Source: an uncultured Actinomycetes bacterium
Lineage (GTDB): Bacteria > Actinomycetota > UBA4738 > HRBIN12
Reading direction: 5' to 3'
Assembly (NCBI GenBank): GCA_963810945.1
Contig: CAWEPI010000004.1
Span: forward strand, 42,104-106,103
DNA: 64,000 nt
Part shown: positions 20,799 to 31,480 of the stretch, piece by piece
Layout of the letters: each line of letters begins with the position of its first letter
How positions within the stretch are numbered: the stretch's first letter is position 1
Notes under the pieces: model-generated
Seen by the model: the letters and a program-made list of their open reading frames with translations, nothing else
Told to the model about the DNA's origin: nothing
Database searches by the model: none
Program-made: the position numbers and the translations under genes

Positions 20799-21549
20799 AT
20801 GGAAGCCTCCGACCCGTTCTACGGCGCCGACCAGGCCGCCATCCATCACGAGGCGTTCGGCGACCTCGCCGCGCAGGCCGCCGCGCACCTCCTGCGCGCG
20901 CTCGATGCGGCCGGACTGCACCAGGGCACGGTGGTCGACCTCGGTTGCGGATCGGGCATCCTCGCGCGGATCGTCTCCGAGGCGGGATACGACGTCCGCG
21001 GCGTGGACATCTCCCAGGACATGATCGCGCTCGCGCGCGCCAACGCGCCTGCGCGCCACGTTCGTGCAGGGCTCGCTCCTCGACGCCGAGATCCCGCACG
21101 CCGTCGCGGTGACCGCGATCGGCGAGGCCCTGAACTACGCCGCCGACCCGCGGGCGGGCCTCGGCGAGGTCGAGCGCGTCGCCGGCCGCGTGCACGCGGC
21201 GCTCGACCCCGCAGGCGTCTTCCTGTTCGATGTGGCGACCCCGGGACGGCACGGCGTCGACGTCGTGCAGAAGTTCCACGAGCGCGAGGACTGGAGCATG
21301 TTCGTGCGCCTCGAGGAGCACGATGACCGCACCCTCGAGCGGCGCATGACGGTCTTCCGCGCGACGGGCGAGGATGGGCTCTATCGCCGGACCGACGAAC
21401 ACCACGTGCTGCGCCTCTACGAGCCGGCCGCCTTGACCGCCGTGCTGGAGCGCGCCGGCTTCGACGTCGAGGTCGAGGCCGACTACGGCGAAGCCTCCAC
21501 CTCGACGCCCCCCTCCGGCTGGATCGTGGTCGAGGCGCGGCCTCACTGA
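20799..21549 (+). pseudogene. class I SAM-dependent methyltransferase with one frameshift
   Basis: VVDLGCGSG motif I. At about 21050 the reading continues in the +1 frame (ATFVQGSLLDAEIPHAVAV...). The two segments together form one MTase fold. Confidence 0.7.
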
Positions 21550-21637
21550 AACGCCCTCGACTCACGCCGCCCAGGTCACCGACGGATCGGGTGCGTAGAG
21601 GCTAGGCTCGGTCGACGGCCCGAGTGCACAACCACGC

Positions 21638-24600
21638 GTGATCAGGAGCGCTCCCGTGAGGGACGAGCGGAGGATCGTGACGGCGATGTCCGTCGACGTC
21701 GTCGGTTCCACCGCGATGGGCGAGCGGATGGACCCCGAGGATGTCCGAGAGGTCATCGACGGCGCGATCGAACTCCTGGTCGACGCCGTCGGATCGTTCG
21801 GCGGAACGGTCCTGGACATCGCCGGTGACGGCGCCATGGCGGTCTTCGGTGCTCCCGTCGCACACGAGGACGACGCCGAGCGAGCCGTCCTCGCCGGGCT
21901 TCGAGTCACGGAGGGCGTGCGCACCTACGGAGCACACTTGCGTGACGCGCGCGGCTTGGAGCGTTTCGACGTACGGGTCGGTATCGAGACCGGACTCGCG
22001 GTGCTGGGCGGCCGCGGCGCCGGGAGCCGGTTGTCGTACTCGGCCACCGGCGACGCCCTGAACACGGCGGCTCGACTGCAAGCTCGGGCGGAGCCGGGAA
22101 CCGTCCTCGTGGGTGAGGACACCTACCAGATCGTCGCTCCGCTCTTCGATTGGGATGATCCCGTCTCACTCGATCTCAAGGGGAAGGCCGAACCCGTCCG
22201 GGCATTCAGGGCGCTCCGGGACCGCGATGGCACGACGCGGGGGTCACCCGGACGGGAAGCGCCGATGATCGGCCGTGAGCGCGAGTTCGCCATGGGCGTC
22301 GGCGCGCTCGAGCGGCTCGTCGGCGGTGAAGGCGCGGTCGTCTTCGTCACGGGCGAGGCGGGCATCGGGAAGAGCCGGATCATCGCCGAGTGGAAAGCCC
22401 GGGCAGGGGAGGTTCGATGGCTCGAGTCGCGGTGTCTCTCCTATCGCAGCACCACGCCCATGGGCGCGTTCCCCGAACTGCTGTCAGACCTCGCTCCCGG
22501 TGATGCGGATCCCCAGCGGGTCGCTGACAAGTTGGCCGGCTTGATGGCGCCCGAAGAGGTCGATCGGTGGCCCTACCTCGCTGCGCTCCTCGGCGTCGAT
22601 GTGCCGGCCACGGCCTTGAGCGATCTCGCACCACTCGCGATCCAGTTCAGGACCGTCGAAGCCCTCGGCTCGTTGCTCGCCGGCGTCGCGTCCGGGACAC
22701 CGCTCGTCGTGTCGCTGGACGATCTGCACTGGGCCGATGACAGCTCCCTGCGAGCGCTCGAACGCCTCCTGCCGCTCTCCGAACACCACCCGATCCTCTT
22801 CCTGCTCGTCCTTCGGGACGATCCTGGGTTGTCGGCGTTCGAGCTCCTCGGCAGGCTCGAGCGATCCTCGTCGCTCGACGTCCACGTGGTCAGGCTCAGT
22901 GAGCTGGAGCGAGGTTCGGACTACGCGCTGCTCTCGTCGCTCGTCGGCGAAGGGGTCCTTCCGGCGTCGCTGGCCGATCGGATCGTGCAGGCGTCCGCCG
23001 GCAACCCGCTCTTCATCGAGGAGTTCGTGCGGTCGCTCCGCGATGAGGGCGCCCTCGTGGAGGAGGGCTCGAGGTGGCGCTTCGCACGTGATGTCGACAT
23101 CCATGTGCCGGCGACCGTGGGGCGCATCATCGTGTCCCGCATCGATCGGCTCGACGATCGCTCCCGCGATGTGCTGACGGCGGCCTCGATCCTGGGACGT
23201 CGATTCTCCGACGAACTCCTGACGTTGATCCTGGATGAGGGATCGGAGGTCGCCGCGGCCCTCGATGAGCTGATCCGGGTCGATCTGCTGCGCTCTGAGT
23301 TCGGTCCGTCGGGGATCACCTTCGTGTTCGCCCATTCCCTGATCCAAGAGGCCGCCTATCAGACGCTCCTGTTGAAACGACGCCGCGAGCTCCACATGCG
23401 GGCGGTCGATGTGCTGGAGTCTCTCGAGGGAGGCAGGCGGGATGATCGTCTGGGCGAGCTCGCACAGCACCTTCAAGGCGCCGGCGAAGCCGCTCGCGCC
23501 CTCGATTGCCGGATGCGCGCCGCCAGGGCTGCGATACGGATCTCGGCCCTCGTGGAAGCCCGAGAACATCTCGACATCGCCGCCGATCTCATCGGTGAGC
23601 TCGATGGAACGCCAGATCCCGGAGCGAAGGCGGAACTTCACCTGCTTCGCGGCACGGTGCGCGGGCGTCTGGGCGACTTCGTGGGAGGGGTCGCCGATCT
23701 CGAGGAGGCGCTGGGTGAGGCGACCTCCGCGGGTGACGACGAGCGCCGGATGGGCGTCCTGGCGGAACTCGGTTCGCTGCGCGCGGGAGCCTCTGACTAC
23801 CGGGCGGCGATCCCACTCCTCGAGGGCGCTCTGTCCCTAGCGGAGCGGCTCGCCCAGCCTCGTGCGATCGCCGGCGCCCTCAGCCGACTGTCGATCGTGC
23901 GCACGAACCTCCTCGACCTTCAGGGCGCCTTCCACGACGGAGCGCGGGCGCTGGAGGCGGCGCGAGAAAGCGGTGAGGAGGAGGCCGTCGCGGAGGCCCT
24001 CGATGCGTCGGAGCTGGCATCGGTCATGATCGGGGACTTCGAGCGCGTCGAGGGCCTGGCCGGTGAACTCTCGGCGATCTATCGCCGGCGGGGGGAGATG
24101 TGGTACCTGCAATACGCCGTGTTCCAATCGTTCTGGGGACCGCTCGCCCGGGGCGAGTGGAACGATGCATCCCGTCGCCTCGACGAGGCACAGGCGATCG
24201 CAGAACGCCTCCGCGATCGAGGGGCACTGCCCCTGTACCTCGGGGGCCGGTCGTGGCTGGAGCGGAGCAGGGGCGCGTACGGATCGGCGCTGTCTCTCGC
24301 ACGGCGCGCACTCACGATCGCGGAGGAACTCGAGCATCGAGAATGGCAGTCCTGGGGGGCATGTTTCATCGGCCGCGTCATCCTCGATGCCGGAGGAGGT
24401 GGCGAGGCCGTCGACCCACTGCAGCGTGGGATGGAAGCTGCGACCGAGTGCGGCTCGATCCTCATGGAGGCCCGCATCCGCGGGTTCCTGGCGGTCGCCC
24501 TCCTCAACGCGGATGAGCACCACGCGGCCTCGGAGGTGGCCGCCGCCGAGGGCGACCTCCTGGCTCAGGTCACCGTGCCCGAGGGTGGCGCCTACATCCA

Positions 24601-25024
24601 GGGAGCCGACGGTGTGCTCGCGTTCGCGAGCGCCCTTGCGCGATCGGGCGAACCCGATCGCGCCGTCGCGCTCGCGGACTCGATCCTCGCACCCGCCGAG
24701 CGCTGCGGTTGGATCGAAGTCGCCGCCGAGGCCCACCTGCTCCGGGCGCGCGTGATGGAACAGGAAGGGGCCGTCGACGAGGCGAGGATCGCGGCGGATC
24801 GGACGCTGACGCTGGCATCCCAGCACGTGGCACCTGGGGTCGCGTGGCGAGCTCACGCCCTCCTCGCTAGGGTGGGAAGCGGCGATGACCACGCTGCCGC
24901 CGCGCGAGCCATCGTCCTGCGTCTGTCGGCGATGGACACGGAGGCTCACGCAGATGAACCGCTAGCGGTGTGGCTGAGGGAAGCGCTCGAGCAGGCGCTT
25001 GAAGGGGGAGCGACATGGGTGTGA
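21638..25024 (+). CDS. large multidomain regulator: class III adenylate/guanylate cyclase domain, P-loop NTPase and C-terminal TPR-like helical repeats (no LuxR HTH)
   Basis: 1128-aa intact ORF. N-terminus has the cyclase catalytic signature (VDVVGSTAM...GDGAMAVFGAP...GDALNTAARLQ). A Walker A VFVTGEAGIGKSR follows. The C-terminal half is alpha-helical repeats. Confidence 0.8.
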   Translation: MIRSAPVRDERRIVTAMSVDVVGSTAMGERMDPEDVREVIDGAIELLVDAVGSFGGTVLDIAGDGAMAVFGAPVAHEDDAERAVLAGLRVTEGVRTYGAHLRDARGLERFDVRVGIETGLAVLGGRGAGSRLSYSATGDALNTAARLQARAEPGTVLVGEDTYQIVAPLFDWDDPVSLDLKGKAEPVRAFRALRDRDGTTRGSPGREAPMIGREREFAMGVGALERLVGGEGAVVFVTGEAGIGKSRIIAEWKARAGEVRWLESRCLSYRSTTPMGAFPELLSDLAPGDADPQRVADKLAGLMAPEEVDRWPYLAALLGVDVPATALSDLAPLAIQFRTVEALGSLLAGVASGTPLVVSLDDLHWADDSSLRALERLLPLSEHHPILFLLVLRDDPGLSAFELLGRLERSSSLDVHVVRLSELERGSDYALLSSLVGEGVLPASLADRIVQASAGNPLFIEEFVRSLRDEGALVEEGSRWRFARDVDIHVPATVGRIIVSRIDRLDDRSRDVLTAASILGRRFSDELLTLILDEGSEVAAALDELIRVDLLRSEFGPSGITFVFAHSLIQEAAYQTLLLKRRRELHMRAVDVLESLEGGRRDDRLGELAQHLQGAGEAARALDCRMRAARAAIRISALVEAREHLDIAADLIGELDGTPDPGAKAELHLLRGTVRGRLGDFVGGVADLEEALGEATSAGDDERRMGVLAELGSLRAGASDYRAAIPLLEGALSLAERLAQPRAIAGALSRLSIVRTNLLDLQGAFHDGARALEAARESGEEEAVAEALDASELASVMIGDFERVEGLAGELSAIYRRRGEMWYLQYAVFQSFWGPLARGEWNDASRRLDEAQAIAERLRDRGALPLYLGGRSWLERSRGAYGSALSLARRALTIAEELEHREWQSWGACFIGRVILDAGGGGEAVDPLQRGMEAATECGSILMEARIRGFLAVALLNADEHHAASEVAAAEGDLLAQVTVPEGGAYIQGADGVLAFASALARSGEPDRAVALADSILAPAERCGWIEVAAEAHLLRARVMEQEGAVDEARIAADRTLTLASQHVAPGVAWRAHALLARVGSGDDHAAAARAIVLRLSAMDTEAHADEPLAVWLREALEQALEGGATWV

Positions 25025-25440
25025 CCGCTCTGCATCACGTGACGATCCGCGTGCAAGACCCCGACCGATCGCGGCGATTCTTCGAGGACGTGCTTCTCCT
25101 CCCGTTCATGGAGATCCCCGTCGGCGAGGACATCACCTCGATCTGGCGAGGAAGGCCAACCTCCGGCGTGCTGTTGGCGACGCAGGTTGGTTCGACCTTC
25201 GTGATGATCGCGCCTCCGCTGGAAGGTGCCGATCCCGAGGATCGATTCGACGAGATGCGGATCGGGGTCGACCATCTCGCGTTCGGCGTCGAGAGCCGTG
25301 ACGACCTCGGCTCACTGCTCGACCGACTCACCGAGGCCGGGGTGAAGACCGCCGGGATCGAGGACGATCCCGTCCTTGGCAACCAGTTCGTCGGCTTCCG
25401 GGATCCCGACAACATCCAATGGGAGTTCTGGGCCGCCTGA
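25015..25440 (+). CDS. VOC (glyoxalase/bleomycin-resistance/dioxygenase) family protein
   Basis: LHHVTIRVQD and GVDHLAFGV beta-alpha-beta-beta-beta module motifs. Its start overlaps the upstream stop (ATGGGTGTGA). Confidence 0.7.
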   Translation: MGVTALHHVTIRVQDPDRSRRFFEDVLLLPFMEIPVGEDITSIWRGRPTSGVLLATQVGSTFVMIAPPLEGADPEDRFDEMRIGVDHLAFGVESRDDLGSLLDRLTEAGVKTAGIEDDPVLGNQFVGFRDPDNIQWEFWAA

Positions 25441-25513
25441 CCCTTTGGGCGGGTTGCCTCGATCGCTGAGCACGGGCCCGGATCACCTGGCCGGTCACCC
25501 TCCCAACCCCGCG

Positions 25514-25543
25514 TTGACCCTTTGGCACTCGGATGGCTATCCT
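25514..25543 (+). promoter_or_regulatory. putative sigma-A type promoter of groESL (TTGACC-N18-TATCCT)
   Basis: A consensus-like -35/-10 pair immediately upstream of the CIRCE element. Confidence 0.4.
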
Positions 25544-25544
25544 G

Positions 25545-25571
25545 TTAGCACTCGTCGGTATTGAGTGCTAA
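25545..25571 (+). promoter_or_regulatory. CIRCE operator (HrcA binding site)
   Basis: TTAGCACTC-N9-GAGTGCTAA, a perfect match to the CIRCE consensus, 24 nt upstream of the groES ATG. Confidence 0.9.
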
Positions 25572-25594
25572 CGGACCCAAGGAGGAAGCACAGC

Positions 25595-25888
25595 ATGGCG
25601 GACTTCAACCTGAAGCCCCTGGAGGACCGGATCGTCGTCAAGGCGATCGAGGGCGACCAGACCACCGCGTCCGGTCTGGTGATCCCCGACACCGCCAAGG
25701 AGAAGCCCCAGGAGGGCGAGGTCGTGGCCGTGGGCCCGGGCCGCTTCGAGGACGGCGCCCGCGTGCCGCTCGACGTCGCGGTGGGCGACAAGGTCATCTA
25801 CTCCAAGTACGGCGGCACCGAGGTCAAGGTCGGCGGCGAGGAGTACCTCATCCTGTCGGCCCGCGACGTGCTGGCCATCTCCAAGTAA
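25595..25888 (+). CDS. groES: co-chaperonin GroES
   Basis: [19 protein letters not shown]... is canonical Cpn10. RBS GGAGGAAG upstream. Confidence 0.95.
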   Translation: MADFNLKPLEDRIVVKAIEGDQTTASGLVIPDTAKEKPQEGEVVAVGPGRFEDGARVPLDVAVGDKVIYSKYGGTEVKVGGEEYLILSARDVLAISK

Positions 25889-25899
25889 CGCACCACGTC

Positions 25900-25946
25900 G
25901 GAACGGGGGTCCGCGCGCCGCGTCCGCGAGCGCCGGGCCCCGTTCC
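25900..25946 (+). promoter_or_regulatory. intercistronic stem-loop between groES and groEL
   Basis: GGAACGGGG...CCCCGTTCC, a 9-bp stem with a structured loop, in the 85-nt groES-groEL spacer. Confidence 0.35.
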
Positions 25947-25961
25947 ATCTCTACGACCTGA

Positions 25962-27587
<1,626 letters not shown>

Positions 27588-27612
27588 CCGCTCGGACCCA
27601 TCGGTACCACCG

Positions 27613-27640
27613 CGGAGGCGGGGCTTCGGCCCCGCCTCCG
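27613..27640 (+). terminator. intrinsic terminator of groESL
   Basis: CGGAGGCGGGGC-ttcg-GCCCCGCCTCCG, a 12-bp perfect stem followed by a TCGTTCTCC tract. Confidence 0.7.
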
Positions 27641-27671
27641 TCGTTCTCCGGATCCGGACCGGGATCCGGAC

Positions 27672-27720
27672 TTGACAGAGGCTAACGATGTTAGCTAGGG
27701 TGTGGCTAACAGCGTTAGCC
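27672..27720 (+). promoter_or_regulatory. promoter with two palindromic operators upstream of the SRPBCC-TetR operon
   Basis: TTGACA -35 box at 27672. Palindrome GCTAACgatGTTAGC at 27681-27695. Palindrome GGCTAACagcGTTAGCC at 27704-27720. Both share the half-site GCTAAC. Confidence 0.55.
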
Positions 27721-27746
27721 CAACTACAGACCCTGGAGGTGGCAGG

Positions 27747-28196
27747 ATGTTCAGGAAGCAGATCGGGAGATCCATCGCGATCGACGCCGACGCGCAGACC
27801 GTGTGGGACGTGCTCACGGATCGGGACCGTTCGTGGAGCCCGTTCGTCCGTTCGCTGGAGGGCGACCTCGAGACGGGCGCCAGGCTGAAGGTGCGCCTCG
27901 AGCCCGAGGGCGGCAGGGCCATGACCTTCCGGCCCACCGTGCGGGAGGCCGAGCCCGGCCGACGGCTGGTGTGGCTCGGCCGCACCGGGCTCCCGTTCGT
28001 CTTCGACGGCGAGCATCACTTCGACATCGTGCCCGCGGAGGGCGGAGGCGTCCGCCTGGAGCAGTCGGAGCGGTTCGCCGGGATCCTGGTGCCGCTGTTC
28101 TCGCGGCGGTTCTGGGCCCGGACACTCGCCGGGTTCCGCGCGTTGAACGAGGCCGTGCGCGATCGCGCCGAGGCGCAGGTCCGTGCCCGCTCGTGA
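27747..28196 (+). CDS. SRPBCC-fold protein (polyketide cyclase/dehydrase-like or AHSA1-like ligand-binding domain)
   Basis: RBS GGAGGTGG upstream. About 150 aa with the pattern typical of the SRPBCC superfamily. The call is tentative. Confidence 0.55.
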   Translation: MFRKQIGRSIAIDADAQTVWDVLTDRDRSWSPFVRSLEGDLETGARLKVRLEPEGGRAMTFRPTVREAEPGRRLVWLGRTGLPFVFDGEHHFDIVPAEGGGVRLEQSERFAGILVPLFSRRFWARTLAGFRALNEAVRDRAEAQVRARS

Positions 28197-28722
28197 GCTC
28201 GGCCCGCGCGCGCGGGAGATCGCGATCGAGGCGCGCGCGCTCCTGAACGAACGCGGGCCCGAGGCGTTCACGATGCGCGCCGTCGCCGAGCGCCTCGGGA
28301 TCCAGGCCCCTTCGCTCTACAAGCACTTCGCCTCGAAGGAGGCGCTCGAGGCGGCGGTGGTGACGCTGGCGCTGGAGGACTTCGCCGAGCGGTTCGAGGC
28401 CGCGGCCGCGGCGCCGAAGGCGGATCGCCTCGGCGCGCTCGCTCACGCGTACCGTGCCTACGCGCACGCGATGCCGCATGAGTACCAGCTGGTGAACGAT
28501 CGTCCGCTGCCGCGCGACCTCTTGCCCGAGGGGCTGGAGGCGCGCGCCGCCGCGCCTCTGCTCCGGGCCGTGGGGACCCTGGAACGGGCCCGCTCGGCCT
28601 GGGCCTTCGCGCACGGCATGGTCTCCCTCGAGCTGAACGGGCGCTTCCCGCCCGACGCCGACCTCGAGGCGGCCTGGGAGGACGGGATCCGGGCGCTGCG
28701 GCGCACGCCTCGGCGGACCTAG
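28183..28722 (+). CDS. TetR/AcrR family transcriptional regulator
   Basis: N-terminal HTH FTMRAVAERLGIQAPSLYKHFASKEAL. Overlaps the upstream gene by 14 nt. Confidence 0.8.
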   Translation: MPARELGPRAREIAIEARALLNERGPEAFTMRAVAERLGIQAPSLYKHFASKEALEAAVVTLALEDFAERFEAAAAAPKADRLGALAHAYRAYAHAMPHEYQLVNDRPLPRDLLPEGLEARAAAPLLRAVGTLERARSAWAFAHGMVSLELNGRFPPDADLEAAWEDGIRALRRTPRRT

Positions 28723-28733
28723 ACTCACCGCTG

Positions 28734-29792
28734 ATGTTCGAGGACCTGCTGCGCACCTGGGACGGGGAGGAGGTCTGCCTCCGCTACGACGAACCCACCG
28801 GCGCCTGGATGTTCGTCTGCGTGCACAGCACGGCCCTCGGGCCGGGGATGGGCGGCACGCGGATGAAGGTGTATCCCGCGCCCCACGATGCCCTCCGCGA
28901 CGGGCTCCGCCTCGCGCAGGCCATGACCCTCAAGCAGGCCGCGGCGAACCTCCCGTTCGGCGGCGGCAAGGCCGTGCTGGCGGTGCCCGCGATCCCGGTT
29001 CCCGGCAGCGAGGCGCGTCGCGCGCTCCTCTTGCGGTACGCGGACCTCGTCGAGGCGATGGGCGGCACGTACGTCACCGCCGCCGACATGAACACCGGGC
29101 CCTTCGATCTCGATGTGATCGGGGAGCGGACCGCCCACGTGATGGGCCGCAGCCCCGAGCACGGTGGGTCGGGGGATTCGGGGCCCGGCACGGCCGTGGG
29201 TGTCTTCCACGGGATCCGCGCCGGCGTCCGCCACGTCTTCGGCGACGCCGACCTGAACGGGCGCACGGTGGTGATCCAGGGCGTCGGCTCCGTGGGTGGG
29301 CGCCTCGCGGGGCTCCTCCGGGACGCGGGCGCCACCCTGATCCTGGCCGACGTCGACGAGGCGCGGGCCGCGGGACTCGCAAGCGAGCTCGGGGCCACCA
29401 CCGTCGGGGTGGGGACCGAGATCGCCACGCCCTGCGACGTCTTCGCGCCCTGCGCGACGGGCGGCATCCTCGACGCGGAGACGATCCCCACGCTGCGGTG
29501 CCGGGTGGTGGCGGGCGCCGCCAACAACCAACTGGCCACCGACGAGGACGGCGAGCGCCTGGCGGCCGCGGGCATCCTCTACGCCCCGGACTACGTCACG
29601 AACGCGGGGGGCGTGATCCACCTCGCGGGCTACGAGACGCTCGGGTGGGACGACGACGAGATGGCCGCGCGCCTGGCGGGCATCGGCGTCACGCTCGCGA
29701 CGATCTTCGCCGAGGCGGATCGCGACGGCATCAGCACGGCCGCGGCCGCCGATCGGCTGGCGCGGCGTCGGATCGCGGGCCTTCCCCTCTGA
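28734..29792 (+). CDS. Glu/Leu/Phe/Val dehydrogenase family (leucine/valine dehydrogenase-like)
   Basis: GGGKAVL catalytic-lysine motif and the NAD-binding GVGSVGG motif. 352 aa. Confidence 0.85.
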   Translation: MFEDLLRTWDGEEVCLRYDEPTGAWMFVCVHSTALGPGMGGTRMKVYPAPHDALRDGLRLAQAMTLKQAAANLPFGGGKAVLAVPAIPVPGSEARRALLLRYADLVEAMGGTYVTAADMNTGPFDLDVIGERTAHVMGRSPEHGGSGDSGPGTAVGVFHGIRAGVRHVFGDADLNGRTVVIQGVGSVGGRLAGLLRDAGATLILADVDEARAAGLASELGATTVGVGTEIATPCDVFAPCATGGILDAETIPTLRCRVVAGAANNQLATDEDGERLAAAGILYAPDYVTNAGGVIHLAGYETLGWDDDEMAARLAGIGVTLATIFAEADRDGISTAAAADRLARRRIAGLPL

Positions 29793-29883
29793 GGGACCGG
29801 AACCACGAAGGTTGGGCCCCTCAGCGCCGTTGGGCACGCATCCATCCATGAGCCATGCCGGTCCGCCCGTCGTCGCGGAGGGG

Positions 29884-30645
29884 CTAGGTCAGCCGGGCGC
29901 AGATCGCGCGCACATCGCCATCGGCGTCCACCATGACGTCGATCCCGTCGTACCCGCGCTCCGCGAGCGATCGTCCGATCGGCTCCGCCTGGTCGCCTCC
30001 CAGCTCGAGCAGCAGTCGGCCGCCGGGTCGCAGCCACGTCGTGCTCCTGCGCACGACCTCCTCGAGGACGGCCGTGCCGTCGGGTCCGCCGTCGAGGGCG
30101 AGCCGGGGCTCGAACGCCTGGACGTCGCGGGGCAGCAGGGGGAGCGCGCCGGTGGGCACGTAGGGGACGACCGCCGTCAGGACGTCGACGCGGCGCGCGA
30201 AGGCGGACGGCAGCGGGTCGTCCAGGGAGCCCTCGAGCACCTCGACGTGGTTGCGGCGGGCGCATCGCGCCGCGTTCGGGTCGAGCTCCGTCGCGAGGAC
30301 CCGTGCGGAGGGCACGGCCGCGCCTAGCACGGCCGCGATCGCGCCGGCCCCAGTGCAGAGATCGACGGCGACGCCGGAGGGGGGGAGGAGCGCCGCCGCG
30401 CGACGCGCCAACCCCTCGGTCTGCGGGCGCGGCACGTAGACGCCGTGAGCGACGAACAACCGGAGGCCGCAGAACGTCACGGCACCCGTGAGCCAGGCGA
30501 GCGGCTCGCCGTCGGTGCGGCGCGCCACGAGGTCGCGGAGTCGGTCGGGATCGCCGGAGGCGGCCTCGATGAGGGCGTCGGCCTCCTCGGCGGCGGCGAC
30601 GCAGCCCGCCTCCGCGAGCGTCCGCGTCACCGCGTCCCGATCCAC
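29884..30645 (-). CDS. HemK/PrmC-family class I SAM-dependent methyltransferase with a VPYVP variant in place of NPPY
   Basis: DLCTGAGAIA SAM motif. VVPYVPT at the position of the NPPY substrate motif. GTG start 8 nt after the permease stop. Confidence 0.6.
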   Translation of the reverse strand: MDRDAVTRTLAEAGCVAAAEEADALIEAASGDPDRLRDLVARRTDGEPLAWLTGAVTFCGLRLFVAHGVYVPRPQTEGLARRAAALLPPSGVAVDLCTGAGAIAAVLGAAVPSARVLATELDPNAARCARRNHVEVLEGSLDDPLPSAFARRVDVLTAVVPYVPTGALPLLPRDVQAFEPRLALDGGPDGTAVLEEVVRRSTTWLRPGGRLLLELGGDQAEPIGRSLAERGYDGIDVMVDADGDVRAICARLT

Positions 30646-30653
30646 GCTCGCGA

Positions 30654-31433
30654 TCAGGAGAGCACGCGGTTGCTGAACCCGCGGATCCCGACCCACGTGA
30701 GGCCGCCGCAGAACAGGATGAGCCCGCCGTAGATGCCCCACAGCGGCATGTGCGGGATCCAGGGCGTGAGGCTCACGCGCATCCCCTCGCTCATGTACAC
30801 CAGCGGGTTCAGCAGGACGAGCGCCTTCAGCCACGGGATCGGGGTCAGCGAGGCCCACGGGTAGTAGGTGGCCCCCAGGAACGTCATGGGGATCACCACG
30901 ATGCCGAAGATCAGCGGCACCTGACGCGGGTTCACACGCGTCCCGATCACCAGGCCGAGCGCCGCGCCCGTGAGCGCCGAGAGCGGCAGCAGCGTGAGGA
31001 GGCGCCACCAGATGACGTCGAGGTGGACGGGCGTGACCGGGATCACGACGGCGAGGGGGAAGACGACGGCCGCCGCGATCAATCCCTGGAGGGCACCGGC
31101 CAGGAGCTTCTGCGCGGCCACGCCGGCCACGGGGAGCGGAGCCATCACGCGATCCTCGATCTCGCGGCTCACCCCGAACTCCTGCACCAACGGGAGCGCC
31201 ACCGCCTGGATCCCCTGGAAGATGCACGCGATCGCCACGACGCCGGGCACGAGCAGGCTCGAGAACTGGGCCTCGCCGGCGGCTCCACCCACGCCCTGGC
31301 CGATCTTGGGGAAGACGTAGGTGAACACGAACACGAAGAGCAGCGGCTGCATGATCGTGCGGATCACGAACTCGAGGAGGTTCTTGCGCAGCACGCGGAG
31401 GTCGCGCAGCAGGAGCGAGCCGAAGGCGCGCAT
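30654..31433 (-). CDS. ABC-2 type transporter permease
   Basis: Six predicted TM helices. ABC-2 fold signature with a conserved loop after TM5. Confidence 0.75.
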   Translation of the reverse strand: MRAFGSLLLRDLRVLRKNLLEFVIRTIMQPLLFVFVFTYVFPKIGQGVGGAAGEAQFSSLLVPGVVAIACIFQGIQAVALPLVQEFGVSREIEDRVMAPLPVAGVAAQKLLAGALQGLIAAAVVFPLAVVIPVTPVHLDVIWWRLLTLLPLSALTGAALGLVIGTRVNPRQVPLIFGIVVIPMTFLGATYYPWASLTPIPWLKALVLLNPLVYMSEGMRVSLTPWIPHMPLWGIYGGLILFCGGLTWVGIRGFSNRVLS

Positions 31434-31480
31434 CGGCGTGGTGCGCGGACGATCGACGTGGGCGAGGGTGCGGCCGGGGT

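Noticed and set aside
27702-27746. The upstream ATG at 27702 as the start of the SRPBCC gene.
   Set aside because: It would place the second operator palindrome inside the coding region. The ATG at 27747 has a strong GGAGGTGG ribosome-binding site.
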